Shown here: positions 10,744-23,693 of the stretch, piece after piece | Layout: every line of letters starts with the position of its first letter | How positions within the stretch are numbered: the first letter of the stretch is position 1 | Assembly (NCBI GenBank): GCA_043228905.1 | Contig: JBHGNT010000012.1 | Location: 13,082,001-13,146,000 of the forward strand | From: Azolla caroliniana | Lineage: Eukaryota; Plantae; Polypodiophyta | Direction of reading: 5' to 3' | DNA: 64,000 bases | Translations under genes and position numbers: made by a program | Notes under the pieces: generated by a model | The model's input: the letters and a program-made list of their open reading frames with translations, nothing else | Databases searched by the model: none | Told to the model about the DNA's origin: nothing

Positions 10744-13700
10744 TGTAAAAAGTAACGTGCGGAAGCAAGTATGAAGACCGAACAGAAGGAAGAGCTTGAG
10801 CTCACTCAGTATACGTGGGAGAGACAGAGAGAGTGAGAGAGGAAAACACAACAGGGATATTCAAAAAAATACTCAATCTCTATTCACCACACTCTATACA
10901 TATGTGTGTTCAATGAACACTTTTATACATGTCCTAGAAGGACTTACCGAGGTACTGACAGTACTTCAATGCTCATTAAGAGCTCCTACACTAACTCCCA
11001 AATATATTCCTCACGGAATATCTTTTCTAGAGGCCTCCCGGTTTACGCACCGATCCGGCCCTACCTACACACCGGTCTGCGTACCGGTTTACGCATTCGG
11101 CCTAACCGATCGGTCCCAACCGTTCCGGTCCTTGGCTTCTTCAGCTGATCCGGCCGATGTTGAGCTTGTCTCTTAACACTCCCCCTGAAGCTCAACTTGA
11201 GGCTCTTTGGGATCTTCGGGCTCACAGCTCCGGTTCCTCCTGGCTTTACGCCTCGCTCGCACTCCACGACCTATTCGACTCCGCGCGATTCGACCCTTCC
11301 AGTCAGCTTTTCTGCTCATGTGGCCCTTATCAGCTCTTCTGCTATTGCGGTGTTGACGCTTCTCCTACTGCCTTTTCTTCCGCTTGGGCCTCAGTTGATT
11401 CAACGTATCTGAATCAAACATCTGAACCGACTCGGCTACCTCCAATCGGTTTCCGCTCTCGTCCGAGTTGGATGTCTCCAATTTGTCTTCGGTCTTCTCG
11501 CCCTCGATGGCGTCATCTTCCCCATGCGTGGTTGGCTTCGGCTCTCTCCTTTGGATGCTCCCCTTCTGTCCGCTTCCGGACTTTTCCGCGGGTCCGCCCT
11601 CGGCTTCTTCAGCCGATCCGAAGTCGAACTCGACAACCGAGTCAACCGACTCGGTGTCGCGGTCTCCACTCCTTTCCTGCTACCTTGCTTGGTCGGCTTG
11701 GTCGTTCGGGACTGTTCTCCCCCTGAAGTTTGGCACGTCGAGGTGACGCAATCCGAGTGCACCTGAGAATTGCCGCAACTTGTCCAGACCAAGAGGCTTG
11801 GTGAAGATGTCAGTAGTCTGCCGATCCGTCGGAACGTACTGATGTTCGACTTCACTGGAAAGTACACGCTCACGGACGAAATGGTAGTGCACCTCAATGT
11901 GCTTGGTCCGTGCGTGAAAAACGGGGTTTTTCGCGAGCTGGATGATGCTGAGGTTGTTGCAGTAGATCGTTGTCGGATCTGACACCTCCTCTTGCAGGTC
12001 CCTAAGCAGCTGTTTCAACCATATGGCTTCGCATGTCGCGACAACCGCTTCTCGGTACTCAGCTTCTATGCTCGACAGTGCAACTGTTGGCTGCTTCTTA
12101 CTGCTCCACGCGATTGCGGCACTCCCGAGGGAGAACGCGTATCCGGACGTGGATCGGCGATCGGCAGCGTTGCCAGCCCAATCAGCATCGGTGTAGCCGA
12201 CTAAGTGCGCGGCTGCACCGGTCCGATATAGCAGTCCCCGGTCCTTAGTGCCGTTGACATACCGAAGTATGCGTTGCGCACACTAGAGGTGCTCCTTGGT
12301 AGGTCGCGCCATGAACTGACTGATCACCCCGACCGGATAACTAAGGTCGGGTCAGGTGATGGTCAAGTATATGAGACTTCCGACAATTTGTCGGAACCTC
12401 GTCGGGTTGCATACCTTTCCTGTATCAGGACGAAACTTGACGGTTCTGTCCAGAGGAGTCGAGACGGACTTACAGTCGGCCATCCCGAATTTGAAGAGCA
12501 TACTCAACACGTAATGACGTTGGCTGATCAATATGCCTTCGAGGGTACGGATCACTTCGATCCCGAGGAAGTAATGAAGGTTCCCTAGATCGTTCATGTC
12601 GAATGGCGAGGACCAAGTCATCAACATATAGTAAAATACTAACTGGTCCGAGTCGACCTTTCCGGATGAACAGGGAAGAGTCCGATTTTGACGTGACGAA
12701 GCCCATCCGACGCAGTTGTTGCGTGATCTTCGCATTCCAGGCACGTTGGGCTTGCTTCAATCCGTAAAGGGACTTCTTCAGTCCGCATACTGTTGAGGAG
12801 TTCGTTCCAGAGTGAAATCCGGCGGGCTGTACCATGTACACATGTTCCTCAAGGTCGCCTTGCAGGAATGCATTCTTTACATCCATCTGATGTAAGTGCC
12901 ACCCCTTCACCACAACTACTGTGAGCAAAACACGGACGGTCGTCATTTTCGCGACCGGCGCAAACGTCTCATCGTAGTCGATGTCGTGTTTCTGCGCGTA
13001 GCCCTTTGCCACTAGCCGAGCCTTGTACCGGTTGACCAAGCCATCAGTGTTGTACTTGACCTTGTACACCCACCTACACCCGATCGGTTTTACCCCTGTT
13101 GGTGCGTCAACTAGGTCCCAGGTCTTTTTCCCTGCCAATGCGTGCATCTCTTCCTTCATCGCGGCACGCCAATTCGCGTCTTTAGCCGCTTCTGTGTAGC
13201 TCTCTGGCTCATGCACTTCCGCTACACGGGTCATGTACGCATAATGATGCGCCATGTACTTGTTGTATCCGAACCACAAAACAGGATTCTTCTGACGGGT
13301 AGATCGGCGTAATCTCACATTAGCCGATGTCGAGGCCTTCTCGGTCGACGCGGACTTCACCTTTAAAGACCCGTCACCAGTTTTCTCGGAGTCGAACTCG
13401 CGTCAGTCTGACTCGTTCCTATCCGTGCCGAAATCTGACACCTTCTTCTTCCCTTTCTCTTTGCACATAAGCCGTCTCCTTGACTTCCTACGCGGGGAAT
13501 GCACAGCCGAGTCTCCACTACTCGCCGGCTCTTCATTGGACTGATCGTGCCGACTCAGTTGTCCAATCGGTCCACTTAAACGGAGTGAAATCGGACTCTC
13601 TTCATGGGTCTCGATTTCGGGCTCATCCGGAGGCATCTCGGCCTCGCTGACCTCATCGTCAGAACTCAGATTGGAGTCGAGGTTCGGAGTCGGGGCCTGG

Positions 13701-16210
13701 TACCAGAACGCGGACTCGTCAACCACAACATCGTGGCTAACACGCACTTGTTTGGTGCGAGGGTTATAGCACTTATAACCCTTCTCCTCGTCCGAGTAAC
13801 TGACCAAGATGCATTTCTCGGCCTTTGCGTCTAGCTTCCTCCTTTTCTCCTTCGGTACATGCACATACGCAATGCTACCGAACAACCTCAAGTGTCGCAA
13901 GTTCGGCTTCGTTCCGAAATATAGCTCGTGCGCCGACACTTTGTCTCCGATCCGGTTCTGGATGTATACCGCGGTCCTTACCGCCTCGGCCCAGTAGAAC
14001 TTGGGCAAGCTCCTCTCCTCCAGCATTGCTCGTGCCGCTTCCACAACTGACCGATTCTTCCTCTCGGCCACGTCGTTCTGCTCTGGCGTGTATCTACAAT
14101 TGAATTCGCGCCGAATTCCCATTTGTTGTAGGTAACCGTTGAATTGACCAGAAAAGTACTCTTTCCTGCCATCCGACCGCAGGCACTTGATCTTTCGTCC
14201 CGTTTCCGTTTCCACGAACCCTTTGAGGTCCCGGAAACAGTCGAAGACTTCGCTCTTCCTCTCAATGAGGTAGATCCATGTGTGTCGCGTGTGGTCGTCG
14301 ATGAATGAGATGAAATATCGGCTCCCGGCAAGACTAACGTTTTGTGCCGGCCCCCATACATCGGAGAGTATAAGGTCGAGCTTGTTCCGGCTCCGGTTTA
14401 GCTCATTGGGGAAAGGAAGTCAGTGTTGCTTCCTGGGCTAGCAGGTTTCACAAATTTGTGCCTTTCGGCCACTAAATTTGGGTAATCCGAACACTACCTG
14501 TTTCGATTGGAGGTGTTGAAGCCGCTGATAGTTGACGTGGCCTATCCGCTCATGCCACAAGTCCATGTCCGACTCGGATTTATGTCCCTTTGCGAACATT
14601 GCGGTGCCGCCGTCAGTGGAATCGAGGATGAACATCCTCCCGTCTCTGCGCCCTTGCGCAATCACACGGCCTTCTTCCTCAATGAAGCACCCGAGGTGTG
14701 TAAACCGAACCTCCATCCCTTGGTCGACGATCTGTGCGACCGAGACCAAGTTCTTCGTGATTGTTGGAACGTGTAGTACGTTCATGAGTTTCCCTTTCTG
14801 CCCGACATGGCTAAGGGGAACTTCTCCGACATTTGCGATCGGATGCGGAGTGTCGTCTCCAGTTGCGACTACTCCAGGTTGTATCGGTTTTTCAAGGTAC
14901 GAGAACCACTCCTTATGGCTTGTCATGTGGTTTGACGCGCCGGAGTCTACGTACCACACCTCGTCCGATCTCTCGGTGGTCCGTTTCATTGAGTTTGCTT
15001 CGTGTCTCGTCACGAAGGCAGACCCTTCTCCGGCTCTCCCGGAGTCTTTGGCGTAGTGCGATCGCTGCCGATTTCCCTTGTCGGTATGTCCGGAGCCGTT
15101 TCCAGAACAGGTTCTTTCAGAATCGGTGAGCTTCTTCCAACACTCACTTTCCCTGTGGCCTTTCTTGCCACAGTACCAACACTCCACTATGACCTTCCCT
15201 TGCCGGTTCTCATCGCTTCGACTCCCCCTATTTCCGGAGGGTCCGGAGTTGCTGTCGGCATCACTTCGGTGCCTTCTTCCTTGATCTCGTCGGCCGCCTC
15301 CATTGCGTGCTGACTCGCATCTTCCTCCACGTCCATGGGGCCTATCTCCCTTCGTGTACAGCATTCTGCTATCGGTGTGTGTGCTTGTAGATGCACCCGC
15401 ATGGTTCTCCTCTACCAGGAGCATTGACTGTAAGTCGAAAAAGGATGGCGTATTCTCCCGGGTACACACAGCCGTTCGGAACGCTCCGAACTTCGACGCC
15501 AAACCTCCGAGACAGATCTGGACCATCTCGCTCTCCTCAATGTTCACCTCTATGGAGGCGAGGGAGTCGCAGATATCCTTGATCTTCGAGGTATAGTCCG
15601 CCACCGACAAGTCGCGTTGTCGTAGGTTGCTCAACTCCTGTCGGAGCTGAAGCTTCCTGGCTGTGGTGCTCGCGGCAAAAATCTTCTTCAGATTTTCCCA
15701 CGCACCCTTCGGCGTCTTTGCATCCCGAACATAGCTCAATAGTTGTTCGCCCACACACGACGCGAAGCAGTATAATACCCTGCTCGCCTATTGCTCCCAC
15801 GACGGGAAGTCTCTGTGTGTTTATTCGGGTGCCGCATCATTAGCTCCTTCGACATAACTCTAGTAGCCGTGCCCAAGCAGGTACTGGTGCATCTTGCAGG
15901 ACCAAGACGCGTAGTTGGTTCTGTCGAGCTTCTCTGTTGGAAACGAGCTCGCCATGCCTCTATCCATCGTTCTTCTTGTTCTTTTTCGTCAAGTTGTGTC
16001 GCCTGCAGAGAGGTTCTCAACCCTCGCGCTCTAATACCATGTAAAAAGTAACGTGCGGAAGCAACCATGAAGACCGAACAGAAGGAAAAAAACCCAGGTT
16101 TAATGGAGAGCTTGAGCTCACGCAGTATACGCGGGAGAGACAGAGAGAGTGAGAGAGGAAAACACCAGAGGCATATTCAAAAAAATACTCAATCTCTATT
16201 CACCACACTC
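10744..16210 (-). mobile_element. Ty1/Copia element, near complete and decayed
   Basis: 3' LTR 10744-11178 (TG..CA), PPT 11179-11186, PBS-Met 16028-16039, partial 5' LTR 16040-16210. Domain order gag-PR-IN-RT-RH. Confidence 0.95.
11700..15967 (-). pseudogene. gag-pol: Copia gag-pol pseudogene
   Basis: CWYCGKKGHRESEC zinc knuckle, VDSGASNHM, SDVWGP, YVDDL, HARTKHIEVHYHFVRE; multiple stops and frameshifts. Confidence 0.95.
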
Positions 16211-16902
16211 CTGGTGTGATAGAGGTGATATGATAGGTCGAAGTAGGAGGATCCTGGACACGTATAGGGCGGTGGTGAAAAGTGAATGGTCTCTTCTGTG
16301 GCCCAAGTATGGATCATGCCATTAACGTCTATAGGAATGGACGTGGGAAGGGACATGCATGTACTAGACATGCATGGCCTTGTGTATATAAGGGTGGATC
16401 AACCATGACACACTCAAATAGGCGTAGAGAGAACCGGGGTAGTTATCATATTCCTCATGGCGGTTATCATGCTAGCCGCCTGAGGCGCGGCCAATGCTAG
16501 ATCTGTATGACGGGATCGCGAAGAGGAGAGGCGCGATCGACAAAGAGAGGGAGACATTGACGAGGAGAGACGCGATCGACGTAGGGAGGAGGATGTCGAC
16601 GAGGAGAGGCGCAGCCGACGTCGTGAGGGATCCATCAATGAGAGGCGCTACAGAGACAACAAGAGAGAGTTGGATGAGGACTGGAATCGTTGTAGTCGCG
16701 ATCGCGATGAGCCACGTGAGGAGAGGCGCGATCGACGCAGGGAGGAGGATTTCGATGAGGAGAGGCACGAGCGACGTTGCGAGGGGTCCAGCGAGGAGGG
16801 GCGCTATGGAGACAACAAGAGAGCGTCCGAAGAGGAACGGGATCGTCGTGGTCGTGATCGTGATGAGTCACGTGACGAGAGGCGCGATCGGCGTAGGGAG
16901 GA
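16211..16902 (+). pseudogene. Promoter and 5' half of a second 2S-albumin-like copy
   Basis: RY boxes 16354-16361 and 16369-16376, TATA 16385, ATG 16457, early TGA stops at 16481 and 16508; cut by a family A LTR at 16903. Confidence 0.8.
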
Positions 16903-19329
16903 TATTAGAGATCTAAGTACTAAAGTAAGCTTAAGATAAGGATAAACAAATGATAGATAGAAAGGAGAAAGAGAAAGAAGGGTGCTGATCCACCCGACCA
17001 CCCCCGAGCGAAGGGATCGAGACAGACTCGAGCCTCGATCGGCGTCCCATACCACCGCCGTGGCGTCGAGTCGTACCTGGTGCTGGCACGCTCGCTACAA
17101 CAGTTGACGCACCACAAGAGCAGAGTCTCAATGTAGTAAAAAAGATGATCAAATGAGGGTAGCTAGGCCTCTTATTTATAGCGATACCCAAGGCCCCCAG
17201 GCAAGTTCACACTTGACCTAATGGGTTGTCTCAATCCCGAGGATTAAAAGTAATCCTCCCCTTCTTTACACTCTCGTTTAACCCTCACACTTATCCACGT
17301 GTATAGAATACTACGGTAAATTCTCACTACGGGATATTAAATGGTCATGCCCGTAACATACTCCCCCTCTTTAAAACATTGCACACTTGCAATGGAAAGT
17401 TAGGGAAATTAGTTCTGAGAGTATTTTCGCATTCCCATGTGACATCTTTTATTGATTTATCCATCCATTTTATTTTAAATTTTCGGATTTCTTTAGTACG
17501 TAATCTTTTTGTTTTAACATCGAGAATTCTTTCTGGTACATGTGGTTTAGAAGATAATTCTTTCGAAGTAACCAGAGTTTCAGTTGTAACTGTATTATCG
17601 CCAGAACCTAGAAGTTCTTTTAGATGACTCACATGGAAGACTAGATGAATTCCAACACCATCGGGAAGACCAAGACGATAGGTTGATGACCCAATGCGTT
17701 TGACGACTGTAAAAGGTCCACAAAACCATGGAGCTATCTTAGCGCACTTACCCGTAGACAATGTCTTAGAATTGTGAGGTACACGTAAAAATACCTTCTG
17801 TCCAGGGTTGAATACACGAGGTTGCCTATGATGATCGGCATAAAAACGCGCTCAATCTTGAGCTGTTTTTATATTATCTCGTGCAATATGCAACATATCT
17901 TGTATATCCTGAAGAAAGTTTTGCGTACTTCGCAACTCATCATGATGTATATTAACATCTATCAGGGCTCGTGGCTGAAAACCATACATCAACATAAAAG
18001 GACTATATCCCGTCAACGTATGCTTGGAGCTGTTATAAGCAAACTCCAAAATTGGGAGATAACGTTCCCATTTTGTTGGTTTTGCACTAATGTATGCTCG
18101 AAGCATGTCCTCAATAATTTGATGTACTCGTTCTGTCTGTCCATCGGATTGAGGATGATCCGTGCAGCTCATGCTCGACGTAGTTTCTAACTTCTTCAAG
18201 ACTTGCGTCCAGAAGTCACTAGTAAACTTTGGATCTCGATCACTCACGATATCCATCGGTAACCCATAAAAACGATACAATTCGTCAACGAATTGGTAAG
18301 CCAATTCAGGAGCTATTCCCGTGATTTTAGTAGCAATAAATCTGGTCATTTTAGTTAGTCGATCAACGACAACCCAGATGGCATCATGACCTTTTTGGGT
18401 GCGAGGAAGGCTAACAATAAAATCCATGGATATACTTTCCCACTTATTATTGGGAATATCCAAGGGATGTAAAAGTCCTGCGGCTTTAAGTCGCTCGGCT
18501 TTGTTAACCTGACACTGGTGATATTTAGTCACATAGCTATGTATGTCAGGACGCATCTTAGGCCAATAAAATTGAGTGGAGATGAGAACGAGTGTACGAT
18601 GTATTCCAGGGTGCCCTGCTGAGGGTGCATCATGGCATTCTAAAAGAATCCTCTTTTTGACCTCGGGTAAATCTGGACACAAACCTTCCCATTATGGTAG
18701 AGCAAACCGTTAGCAATGTGGAAGTATTCCTTCGAGGATGTGGTGGTGTCTGTTCCAGACACAACTCTTGCCCAGTATTTTGCAAAATAACTGTCATCAG
18801 GATACTTTCCTCGAAGGTGATCATAAAGATCTGATGTTATTTCAGTGAAGCTAAGCATGTTAACTTCACAGATGCGACTTAGTGCATCAACACCAGTGTT
18901 CATGGAACCTTTGCGATATCGTATGGAAAAATCAAAGTCCTGGATGAGATCAGCCCATCGTGCCTTACGACCTTTTAGGTCTTGTTGGTCACAAAAATAT
19001 TTCAAGGACTCGTGGTCCGTAGTTACTACAAAGCGATTTCCATAAAGATAATGGCGCCATGCTTTGAGCGCATGTATAACTGCAAATAATTCCTTTTCTT
19101 GAACGGTAGACCGACATTGAGGATAATGAAGTTTCTTACTCTCGAATGCTATTGGTTTACCATTTTGATACAAGACAGCACGTATAACATAATTGCTTGC
19201 ATCGGTTTCAACCTCAAAAGGTTTTGAAGGATCAGGTAAAAGAAGTGAAGGATCCTTGCAAACCAGGTCCTTGAGTTCCTTAAAGGCGAGGTCTAGTGTA
19301 GCATTCCACACATTAGGTTTTGTAGACTT
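16903..19329 (-). mobile_element. Gypsy family A 3' half: RH-IN-chromodomain, PPT, 3' LTR (16903-17358)
   Basis: VETDASNY, GHPG, ISMDFIVSLP, VPERILDVKTKRLRTKEIRKFKIKW..TWE chromodomain; PPT at 17359-17372. Confidence 0.95.
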
Positions 19330-19356
19330 CTTCAAGAAATCAATTACTTATCTTGG

Positions 19357-20024
19357 ACAACTTCTAAGCGTGACAACCTCTCGCCTTCTCCAACAATGTG
19401 ATCTTCGCGCACGCGCTTGTATTCGCCACTTTTAAAGAATGTATATAACTTTTTCAACTATACACTTTCTAAACATCGTAAATGTAAATGGTGTGCTCTG
19501 TGGTGTCTTGACGTTCTCATAACCCTCTCAATGATATTTCTCCCACGCTCGCGCACAACACGCACGCACGCACGCACGATCAGGTCGCGTGCCCTCGCTC
19601 GCTCATTGCACAAGCAAAATGAAACTCCACGCACACATGATTAGGTAACGTGCCCACACGCACACTACCCACTCCCACCCTACCTATATCTATCTCTTTC
19701 CATCTATCGCTATCTCTCTCACGAGCAACGTGAAACTCGTCAAACGTCGATGCCATCACAATGTTGTATTGAAGCCACCCTCATACAATGCCGTGTCTCG
19801 CCGTACCATGATGTGCGCAATAGTAGTGGTTGATCGTAACTCCTACTACAAACATGATTCCACATGACATTCCCATGTCTATCTACCATTTTCATGATCG
19901 TGTGAACCAGCCCACGCATGTTTCACCTAGAAATGTTGTTCTTGAATGGTGCCACCTTCATATTCCTCGGGTGTTGCAACGTCCACAACGACGACGGATC
20001 TTGTAATCACAATGAAAACGCGTG
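19357..20024 (+). pseudogene. 3' end and spacer of another albumin-like copy
   Basis: QLLSVTTSRLLQQCDLRARACIRHF* followed by the spacer; interrupted by a Copia LTR at 20025. Confidence 0.8.
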
Positions 20025-20362
20025 TGTTGAGCGGCAAGCTCAACCGGAGCCGGATCGGCTGAATAAGTCGGAGCCGGTAAGCGAGACGGATCGGGCGAAA
20101 CAGATCGGTATGACGGCGAGCAACCGAACTGGCAAGCAGTGGAGGCCAGGTGCAATCCGTAACCGGAAGTCCAATCGGAAGCCTAGTATAGGATAGACTA
20201 CTAGGTAGCTATAGTCTCGTAGTAAGTGTCAGATGCCTGTGTGAGCATTGAAGTACATGGTACTTCTGTCAGTCCCAAGAGGACTTGTATAAATAGTGCT
20301 ACTTAGCACAGTGTATAGATAGAGAGTCTTGATATAATTTTGAGTGTGTTCTGCTCTCTCTG

Positions 20363-20397
<35 letters not shown>

Positions 20398-23300
20398 GTT
20401 GTTCTCTGTTTTACACTTCCGGAAACATTTACGTTTACATGGTATCAGAGCACGAGGGTTGAGAACCTCTGCTGCAGACATCTACTCTTGAGAAGAAAAC
20501 CCTAACAGGTCGAAAACAGACACAGGAGAAGACATGGATAGAGGCATGGCTACGTCGCTCCCGGTGGAGAAGCTCGACAGGAGCAACTACGCATCCTGGT
20601 CTTACAAGATGCACCAGTACCTGTTTGGACACGGGTACTGGAGTTATGTCGAAGGAGCGAATGATGCGGCGCCAGACTCGGCACACAAGGACTTCCCGGT
20701 ATGGGAACAGGCGGCAAGCAGGGTGATGTACTGCTTCGCGTCCAGTGTCGGCGATCAGCTGCTCAGCCACATCCGTGACGCCAAGACACCGAAGGATGCT
20801 TGGGGGAACCTAAAAAAGGTTTTCGCCGCAAGCACCACTGCCCGGAAGCTGCAACTCAGACAGGAGTTGAGCAATGTTCGACAGAAGAACATGTCCGTGG
20901 CAGACTACACGGGCCGGAAAAAGGAGATCTGCGACTCGCTCGCCTCTATCAATGTTACCATAGAGGAAGACGAGATGGTGCAGGTATGTCTCAGAGGCCT
21001 GGCATCCAAGTTCGGAGCGTTCCGGACTGCGGTGTGTACAAGGGAGAATACCCCCTTATTCTTCGACTTACAGTTGATGCTCCTTGTAGAGGAGAACCAC
21101 GCCGGTGCACCTACCAGTGCATCCCCGGATAGCCGAATGTTGTACACGGGAACGGATCTGTTCCGTGGGCTTGGTGGAAGAGGTGGGTCGGCACGCAATG
21201 GAGGCGGCCGGCAAGAGCAGGAACGGAGGCACTATGAGCGTGCCGACAGCAGTTCCGGGACTTCCACAAGCAGGGGGAGTCAAGGCGGTGCCGGAGGCCG
21301 GCAAGACAAATCCGCTACGGAATGCTGGTACTGTGGCAAAAAAGACCATAGGGAAAGCGAGTGCTGGAGAAAGCATGCCGATTCGGACAAATCCGGATCC
21401 GGCAAGACCAGTAAGGATGACCGACAAAACTCGCACTACGCAAACGGATCAGGAGGATCCGGAACCGGAAAGGCGGGTAAGGGGCCAACCTTGGTGATGA
21501 ATCACAAGGCAAACTAAATGAAGAAGACCACTTCCATAACGGAGGAAGTGTGGTATGTTGATTCTGGCGCGTCGAACCACATGACGAGCCACAAAGAGTG
21601 GTTCTCCTTTCTGGAGAAACCGGATCAACCAGGAGTAGTCGAAACCGGAGACGACACTGCTCACCCAATCGTGCACGTCGGAGAAGTCCCTCTAAGCCAC
21701 GTCGGACAGAAAGGGAAGCTGATGAACGTATTACACGTTCCGACAATCACAAAGAACCTGGTGTCCATCGGTCAGATTGTCGACCAGGGGATGCAGGTGT
21801 GGTTTACGCACCTCGGGTGGTTCATTGAGGATGAGGGCGAAGTCATTGCGCAAGGGCGCAGAGACGGGAGGATGTTTATCCTCAACACCAATGACTTTGG
21901 CACCGCTCTGTTCGCGAAACGACAGAAGGTCAAGTCGGACATCGACTTGTGGCACAAGCGGATAGGCCACGTCAACTACCGGAGGCTTCAAGATCTGCAA
22001 ACGAAACAAGTCGTTTTCGGTTTGCCGAAGTTCAGTGGCCGGAGAGCCAAAATTTGTGAAGCCTACCAACTTGGGAAGCAACACCGGCTTCCATTCCCCA
22101 CCGAACGGAACCGGAGCCGTAACAAGCTCGATCTCATCCATTCAGATGTGTGGGGACTGGCACAAAGTGTAAGCCTTGGCGGGAGCCGATACTTCGTCTC
22201 CTTCATCGACGACTATACTCGACATACTTGGATCTACCTCATTGAGCGGAAGAGCGAAGTCTTCGACTGTTTCCGGAACCTCCAGAAGATGGTGGAACGG
22301 GAATCGGAGAGAAGATCAAATGCCTTCGGTCGGATGGCGGAAAGGAATATTTTTCCGGCCAATTCACTAGTTATCTGCAGCAGAAGGGAATTCGGCGAGA
22401 GTTCAGCTGCAGCTACACACCGGAGCAAAACGGTGTGGCCGAAAGGAAGAACCGGACACTCGTTGAAGCGGCAAGAGCAATGCTGGAGGAAAAGAGCATG
22501 CCCCGGTTCTACTGGGCGGAGGCGGTTCAGACGACCGTCTACATACAAAACCGCATTGGTGACAAGGTGTCAGCTCATGAGTTGTATTTCGGGCGCAAGC
22601 CGAACTTAAGACACCTTTGGATATTCGGCAGCATAGCGTATGTGCATGTGCCGGGTCAGAAGCGGAGAAAGTTGGATGCAAAATCGGAAAAATGCATCCT
22701 AGTCGGCTATGCTCAAGAGCAAAAGGGGTATAAGTGCTATAACACCCCCGGACGAAGGAAGTCTGAGTTAGCCGGGATGTCGAGTTCGACGAATCGGCAT
22801 CCTGGTACTCCGTACCGACACCGACTTCCGATCCCGACCCAATGCCGGAAGATCAGGCCAGTGAGCCTGAATCAGCCCTAGCAGAGGATCATGAAGCCGT
22901 GACTCAAGATGAGAGTGTGGAATCGTTACGGTTGAGTGGACCGAACAAGCGACTGAGTCAGCTGGACCAGTCGGATGAAGAGACGGCAAGTGGTGGAGAC
23001 TCTGTCATGCTCTCCCCGCGCAAGGAACCAAGGAAACGGTTCACGCGCAAAGATAAGGGGAAAAGGAAGATGCCGGAATTCGAAACCGGCAACGATGAGT
23101 CGGATCAGTGCGTATCCGACTCCGGAAAGGAGAAAGGCGGATCTTCGGCAACGAAGACCAAACTGGCCAAGAAGGGCCTCAAATCAGGTGACGGTGCGTT
23201 GCGCCGATCAACCCGCCAGAAGGATCCCGTCATACGGTACGGGTACAATGAATACATAGCGCATCATTATGCGTACATGTCTAAGGTGACAGAAGTGCGT

Positions 23301-23693
23301 GAGCCGGAGAGCTACGCAGAAGCGGCAAAGGCCGCAAATTGGCGTGCCGCTATGGACGAAGAAATGCGGGCACTCGATGCCAACGAAACATGGGACCTAG
23401 TTGATCCTCCCCGTCACTGTAAACCGATCGGATGCAAGTGGGTGTACAAGGTCAAGTACAACGCCGACGGTTCTGTTAACTGGTACAAAGCCCGGTTAGT
23501 GGCCAAGGGATACGCACAGACCGACGGAATCGACTACGATGAGACCTTCGCTCCTGTGGCGAAGATGACGACGGTTCGTGTGGTACTGGCGGTTGCTGCG
23601 GCAAGGGGGTGGCATCTTCACCAGATGGATGTGAAGAACACCTTCCTTCAAGGAGAGCTTGAAGAAGAAGTCTTTATGACTCAGCCCCCCGGA
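20025..23693 (+). mobile_element. Ty1/Copia element, 3'-truncated
   Basis: LTR 20025-20439 (TG..CA), PBS-Met TGGTATCAGAGC 20440-20451, gag 20534-21517, then PR, IN and RT N-terminus. Confidence 0.95.

Noticed and set aside
10739-16215. TSD for the Copia element
   Set aside because: The 5' LTR is truncated by a deletion joining it to the albumin promoter at a shared 'cactc', so no TSD can be read.
21515-21520. Programmed gag/pol readthrough at TAA-ATG
   Set aside because: The related Copia copy reads EANSMKRTT through this site, so this is a TCA>TAA nonsense mutation.
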